Shown one piece after another: positions 28,543 to 32,000 of a stretch of DNA of 32,000 bases. The stretch covers positions 1,200,001 through 1,232,000 of the forward strand of contig NZ_CP007536.1 of assembly GCF_000698785.1 (NCBI RefSeq), given 5' to 3'. Below the pieces are notes generated by a model. That model worked only from the letters and a program-made list of their open reading frames with translations. It did no database searches and was not told the origin of the DNA. The stretch is from Nitrososphaera viennensis EN76 (lineage in GTDB: Archaea > Thermoproteota > Nitrososphaeria > Nitrososphaerales > Nitrososphaeraceae). The position numbers and the translations under genes were made by a program. The stretch's first letter is position 1; every line of letters begins with the position of its first letter.

Positions 28543-31221
28543 ATGAGCAGCGCGATTGCCAAGCCGATATACTTCTTTGACGAGGCTGACGGCAAGAACA
28601 GGGCGCTCCTTGGCGGCAAGGGCGCCGGCCTTGCGGAGATGACGAAACTGGGCCTGCCGGTCCCGCCCGGCTTTATAATCACGACTGACATTTGCGAGAA
28701 GTTCTACGAGGCAGGCAAGCGCCTGCCGGACGGCCTTATGGACGAGGTGCGCAAGTCTGTCAGGCGCCTCGAGTCAATTACCGGCAAGAAATTCGGCGAC
28801 GCGAAAAACCCGCTCCTCGTCTCCGTGAGGTCCGGCGCGCCAGTGTCGATGCCGGGCATGATGGACACCATCCTCAACCTCGGCCTCAACGACCAGACGG
28901 TAGAGGGCCTTGCTGCGCAGAGCGGCGACGCCAGGTTTGCGCTTGACGCCTACCGGCGCTTCATCCAGATGTTTGGCAAGATAGTGCTTGGCGCAGACGA
29001 CAGGCAGTTTGAGAAAGCGCTTGTGGGAAACGGCATCAACAACAACTCCTCTGACGAAAAAGCGCTGCGGCAAGTCATCGCGTCGTTCCGCTCGCTGTGC
29101 GAGGCGACGGGCAAGAGGTTCCCGGACGACCCCTACAAGCAGATAGAGCTTGCGATCGACGCGGTGTTCCGCTCGTGGACCGGCAAGCGCGCGGTGGAAT
29201 ACCGCAGGCAGTACGGCATCACGCCTGACATGGCAAACGGCACCGCAGTCACCGTGGTTGCTATGGTGTTTGGCAACATGGGCAGGGACAGCGCAACGGG
29301 CGTCGTGTTTACGCGCAACCCCGAGACCGGCGAGAAAAAGCTCTATGGTGACTATCTGGTGAACGCGCAGGGCGAGGACGTCGTGTCGGGCAAGGCAAAC
29401 CCAAGCCACATCGACCAGCTGGAAAGCGAGATGCCGCAGGTGTTTGGCCAGCTGAGCCAGGTCTGCCAGAAACTGGAAAACCATTTCAGGGAGTGCCAGG
29501 ACGTCGAGTTCACAGTCGAGCGCGGCAGGCTGTATATCCTGCAGACTAGAACGGCCAAGATGAGCGCGGGGGCAAGCGTCAAGACCTCGGTGGACATGTA
29601 CCACGAGGGCCTCATAAACAAGGTCGAGGCGCTGCAGAGAATTGACCCGGAGGGCCTGGAGCAGATACTCTACCCGAGGATTGACAGCCACGTCAAGCAA
29701 AAGCCGGTCGCAACGGGCGTCGCGGCGTCGCCGGGCGCGGCAAGCGGCATCGCCGTTTTTGATGTTGCAAAGGCAGAGGCGATGGGCAAGCGGGGCGAAA
29801 AGGTCATACTCATCAGGGAGGACACAAAGCCGGACGACGTGCCGGCGTTCTTCCAGTCAGTCGGCATACTGACCACGAGGGGCGGCAAGACTTCGCACGC
29901 GGCGGTGGTCGCAAGGGGCATGGGCAAGCCGTGCGTCGTCGGCTGCTCGCAGATAGAGATAGACCCCGAGGGCGCAAGCTTCTCAGTTGCCGGCAGGGTA
30001 GCAGTCTCGGAGGGCCAGAAAATAACAATCGACGGCTCGACTGGTAGAGTGTATACAGTCGAAGTGCCCACCGTCGCCCCCGAGATAACGTCCGAGTTCA
30101 AGGAGATCCTGCAGTGGTCGGCCGAGATGAAGGCGATAAGGATCCGCGCAAACGCCGACACGCCCGAGAGCGCGACTCTGGCAAGGAAATATGGTGCAGA
30201 GGGAATCGGGCTGTGCAGGACAGAGCGCATGTTCAACCAGCACGACAGGATTGCGCTTTTCACAAAAATGGTCATGGCCGAGACAGAGCAAGAGCGCGAA
30301 AAGGCGCTGGCGGAACTTGAGCGCCTGCAAAAGTCCGACTTCAAGGCGATCTTCAAGGAGATGCAGGGCCTGCCAGTGACGATAAGGCTCCTTGACCCGC
30401 CGCTGCACGAGTTCCTTCCAAAGGAGGAAGACCTCATGATGCAGATTTTCGAGCTAAAGTCGGAGGGAGGCCACAAGGCAGAGTCAGAAATGCTAAAGCG
30501 CGAAAAGATGCTCAGGCGCGTGCGCGAGCTCTCCGAGATAAACCCGATGCTGGGCCACAGGGGCGTCAGGGTGGGCATCACGTTTCCCGAGATATACGAG
30601 ATGCAGATACGGGCGGTGTGCGAGGCGGCGGCAGACCTCACGAAAGAAGGAGTGAAAGTAGAGTCGCAGATAATGGTGCCGCAGGTGGCAACCGTCAACG
30701 AGCTTGCCACAGTCAGGCACATGTTCGAGTCTGTAAAACGCGACGCCGAGCACAGGCACAAGATAAAGCTGAAAATAGTCTTTGGGAGCATGATTGAAGT
30801 CGTCAGGTCGTGCCTCGTAGCAGACGAGATAGCGCACGTCGCCGACTTTCTCAGCTTTGGAACGAACGACCTCACTCAGGCCACGTTCAGCTTTAGCAGG
30901 GAGGACGCAGAGGGCAAGTTCCTGCCCTTCTACCTTGAAAAGGGAGTCATTGCGGTCAACCCGTTCCAGAGCATCGACCAGAAAGGGGTCGGGAGACTGA
31001 TGAAGATGACCATAGAGATGGCAAGGAAGGTGAAAAAGGACATGGAGATAGGCATATGCGGCGAGCACGGAGGCGACCCCAAGTCCATCGAGTTCTGCAC
31101 CGCCATTGGCCTTGATTATGTGAGCGCCTCATCGCACAGGATACCAATCGCGATCCTTGCAGCCGCCCAGTCGGCCATCAGGGGCAACAAGAGCAAGCTC
31201 TCACGGTTCCTGACGGATTGA
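28543..31221 (+). CDS. ppdK: Pyruvate, phosphate dikinase
   Basis: GGKGAGLAEMTKLGLPVPPGFIITT in the ATP-grasp part. Phospho-His loop TTRGGKTSHAAVVARGMGKPCV. C-terminal PEP-utilising domain with LSFGTNDLTQ; 892 aa. Confidence 0.95.
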   Translation: MSSAIAKPIYFFDEADGKNRALLGGKGAGLAEMTKLGLPVPPGFIITTDICEKFYEAGKRLPDGLMDEVRKSVRRLESITGKKFGDAKNPLLVSVRSGAPVSMPGMMDTILNLGLNDQTVEGLAAQSGDARFALDAYRRFIQMFGKIVLGADDRQFEKALVGNGINNNSSDEKALRQVIASFRSLCEATGKRFPDDPYKQIELAIDAVFRSWTGKRAVEYRRQYGITPDMANGTAVTVVAMVFGNMGRDSATGVVFTRNPETGEKKLYGDYLVNAQGEDVVSGKANPSHIDQLESEMPQVFGQLSQVCQKLENHFRECQDVEFTVERGRLYILQTRTAKMSAGASVKTSVDMYHEGLINKVEALQRIDPEGLEQILYPRIDSHVKQKPVATGVAASPGAASGIAVFDVAKAEAMGKRGEKVILIREDTKPDDVPAFFQSVGILTTRGGKTSHAAVVARGMGKPCVVGCSQIEIDPEGASFSVAGRVAVSEGQKITIDGSTGRVYTVEVPTVAPEITSEFKEILQWSAEMKAIRIRANADTPESATLARKYGAEGIGLCRTERMFNQHDRIALFTKMVMAETEQEREKALAELERLQKSDFKAIFKEMQGLPVTIRLLDPPLHEFLPKEEDLMMQIFELKSEGGHKAESEMLKREKMLRRVRELSEINPMLGHRGVRVGITFPEIYEMQIRAVCEAAADLTKEGVKVESQIMVPQVATVNELATVRHMFESVKRDAEHRHKIKLKIVFGSMIEVVRSCLVADEIAHVADFLSFGTNDLTQATFSFSREDAEGKFLPFYLEKGVIAVNPFQSIDQKGVGRLMKMTIEMARKVKKDMEIGICGEHGGDPKSIEFCTAIGLDYVSASSHRIPIAILAAAQSAIRGNKSKLSRFLTD

Positions 31222-31316
31222 TCAAGAAAAAAATCATTTTGTCGGGTTCTGCCTGAAATGTGCCGGACAAGTCACGATAAGATAAATATTTTTACAAAAG
31301 ACGGGGCAGACAAACC

Positions 31317-31553
31317 GTGCGGCTTTTATGGATCCTGGGCGGAGCAAGCCTTGCAGTTCTTGGAATAGCAGTTCTTCTCTGGTCTGCAGAGAGCTTTGCA
31401 GACGACAACGATTTTCAAGGCCATCCAGCTGGAGAGCCTTTTAACGCCGAGCAACAAGCGGCATACCAACGGTACCAGACGATCTGGTCGGTCGCAGCTG
31501 CCCTTGGTACAAGTGGTGTGGCAGTGATCGTTTATGGAGCTCGCAAGCACTAG
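31317..31553 (+). CDS. Small exported/anchored protein, unknown function
   Basis: GTG start with TATA GATAAATATTTTTAC about 29 nt upstream. N-terminal signal-like helix ...LLWSAESFA|DD and a C-terminal TM helix. Confidence 0.5.
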   Translation: MRLLWILGGASLAVLGIAVLLWSAESFADDNDFQGHPAGEPFNAEQQAAYQRYQTIWSVAAALGTSGVAVIVYGARKH

Positions 31554-31704
31554 CCCGTACGAGCCTTTAGCCACTTTTGGCGCCGTCAGATGACGATGAT
31601 GATGATACGTCATATCCTATCAGTTAATCGCCGATTTTGCTGTTGTTCTCGTTCTTGTGCTTCTTTTGCTAGCCGCCTGCCGTGTTGCTGCCCGTGCATA
31701 TTTT

Positions 31705-32000
31705 TTAGTGCATGGGGCCGTCTTTGCCTGCCTCTCGCTGGTCCCCAGTCATTATCGCAGGTGCGATTTTTCTCCTTGTCACCAAAAGCGCCATGACAAC
31801 AGACGCAACGGACACCAGCGCCGCCGTAATGAATATCAGGTTGTATGCGTTCTCGGTCGGAAACGTGCCTGGGACTCCCGGGACGGTCCCCTGATCCATC
31901 TGCTGGAACATCCCGGCAAACGACGGGCCCACCGACATCCCGACCAGATTGAGGAGCATCGCCATTCCAAGGGCAATCCCCGTCACCTGCATCGGCACGG
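31705..32000 (-). CDS. C-terminal part of an MFS-type transporter (5' end outside the window)
   Basis: The frame stays open to the window edge. Two hydrophobic helices (GIALGMAMLLNLVGMSVGPSFAG and NLIFITAALVSVASVVMALLV) are followed by a polar tail. Confidence 0.65.
   Translation of the reverse strand, partial: VPMQVTGIALGMAMLLNLVGMSVGPSFAGMFQQMDQGTVPGVPGTFPTENAYNLIFITAALVSVASVVMALLVTRRKIAPAIMTGDQREAGKDGPMH

Noticed and set aside
28774-30875. Long minus-strand ORFs 28774-29700 (308 aa) and 29670-30875 (401 aa)
   Set aside because: They are antisense to ppdK, whose identity is unambiguous. Their composition is Arg/Ala/Ser-biased with no motifs.
31505-31511. TGGTACA inside the small ORF 31317-31553; also TAGTACA at 8964, TGTACCA at 24051 (tuf) and TGTACCA at 29597 (ppdK)
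   Set aside because: All are inside coding sequence and lack the second half-site at N4. They are treated as chance half-site matches and not counted as motif copies.
31590-31614. GATGACGATGATGATGATACGTCAT trinucleotide run with a short inverted repeat
   Set aside because: It is a short, single occurrence in an intergenic tail between convergent genes and is not distinguishable from chance.

Overview
High-GC archaeal chromosome segment that looks like an ammonia-oxidising thaumarchaeon (Nitrososphaera-like). Evidence: archaeal EF-1alpha with uS10, PurP, bifunctional FBP aldolase/phosphatase, PPDK, PEF(G)-CTERM tails, cupredoxin and CopC/CopD fusions. Most genes appear leaderless, with a TATA box about 25-35 nt upstream of the start codon. 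Housekeeping blocks lie at 2.4-6.8 kb (AlaX, wHTH regulator, PurP) and 22-31 kb (tuf-rps10, fbp-tpiA, methyltransferase, TRIC-like channel, ppdK). The centre, 6.7-22 kb, is an accessory-looking cluster of about 13 exported or membrane-anchored proteins. It holds two CopC-CopD fusions (one also fused to a beta-propeller), a YcnI-like protein, several small FixH/YtkA-like beta-sandwich proteins, a His/Met-rich helical protein, a blue-copper protein and a 4-TM protein paired with a double-wHTH regulator. Main hunt result: a 16-bp motif T[GA]GTACA-N4-[CG][CA]G[AG]A occurs 7 times, always intergenic, mostly next to the predicted TATA boxes of these transcription units. A degenerate 8th copy heads the BNR / thioredoxin-DsbD operon. 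I read this as a candidate copper-acquisition regulon. Its regulator is not identified, but the regulator encoded inside the cluster is the obvious candidate. Six of the eleven secreted proteins in the cluster (a seventh is ambiguous) are predicted to start with His after signal-peptide cleavage, as CopC and YcnI do. A 1.6-kb low-GC island (17.78-19.34 kb) is bracketed by identical 17-bp copies of the motif. It contains a consensus TATA box with no ORF behind it, short-repeat arrays, a GC-rich hairpin and a 10-bp-phased GTATGC array. All functional calls come from motif recognition by eye; no database search was run.
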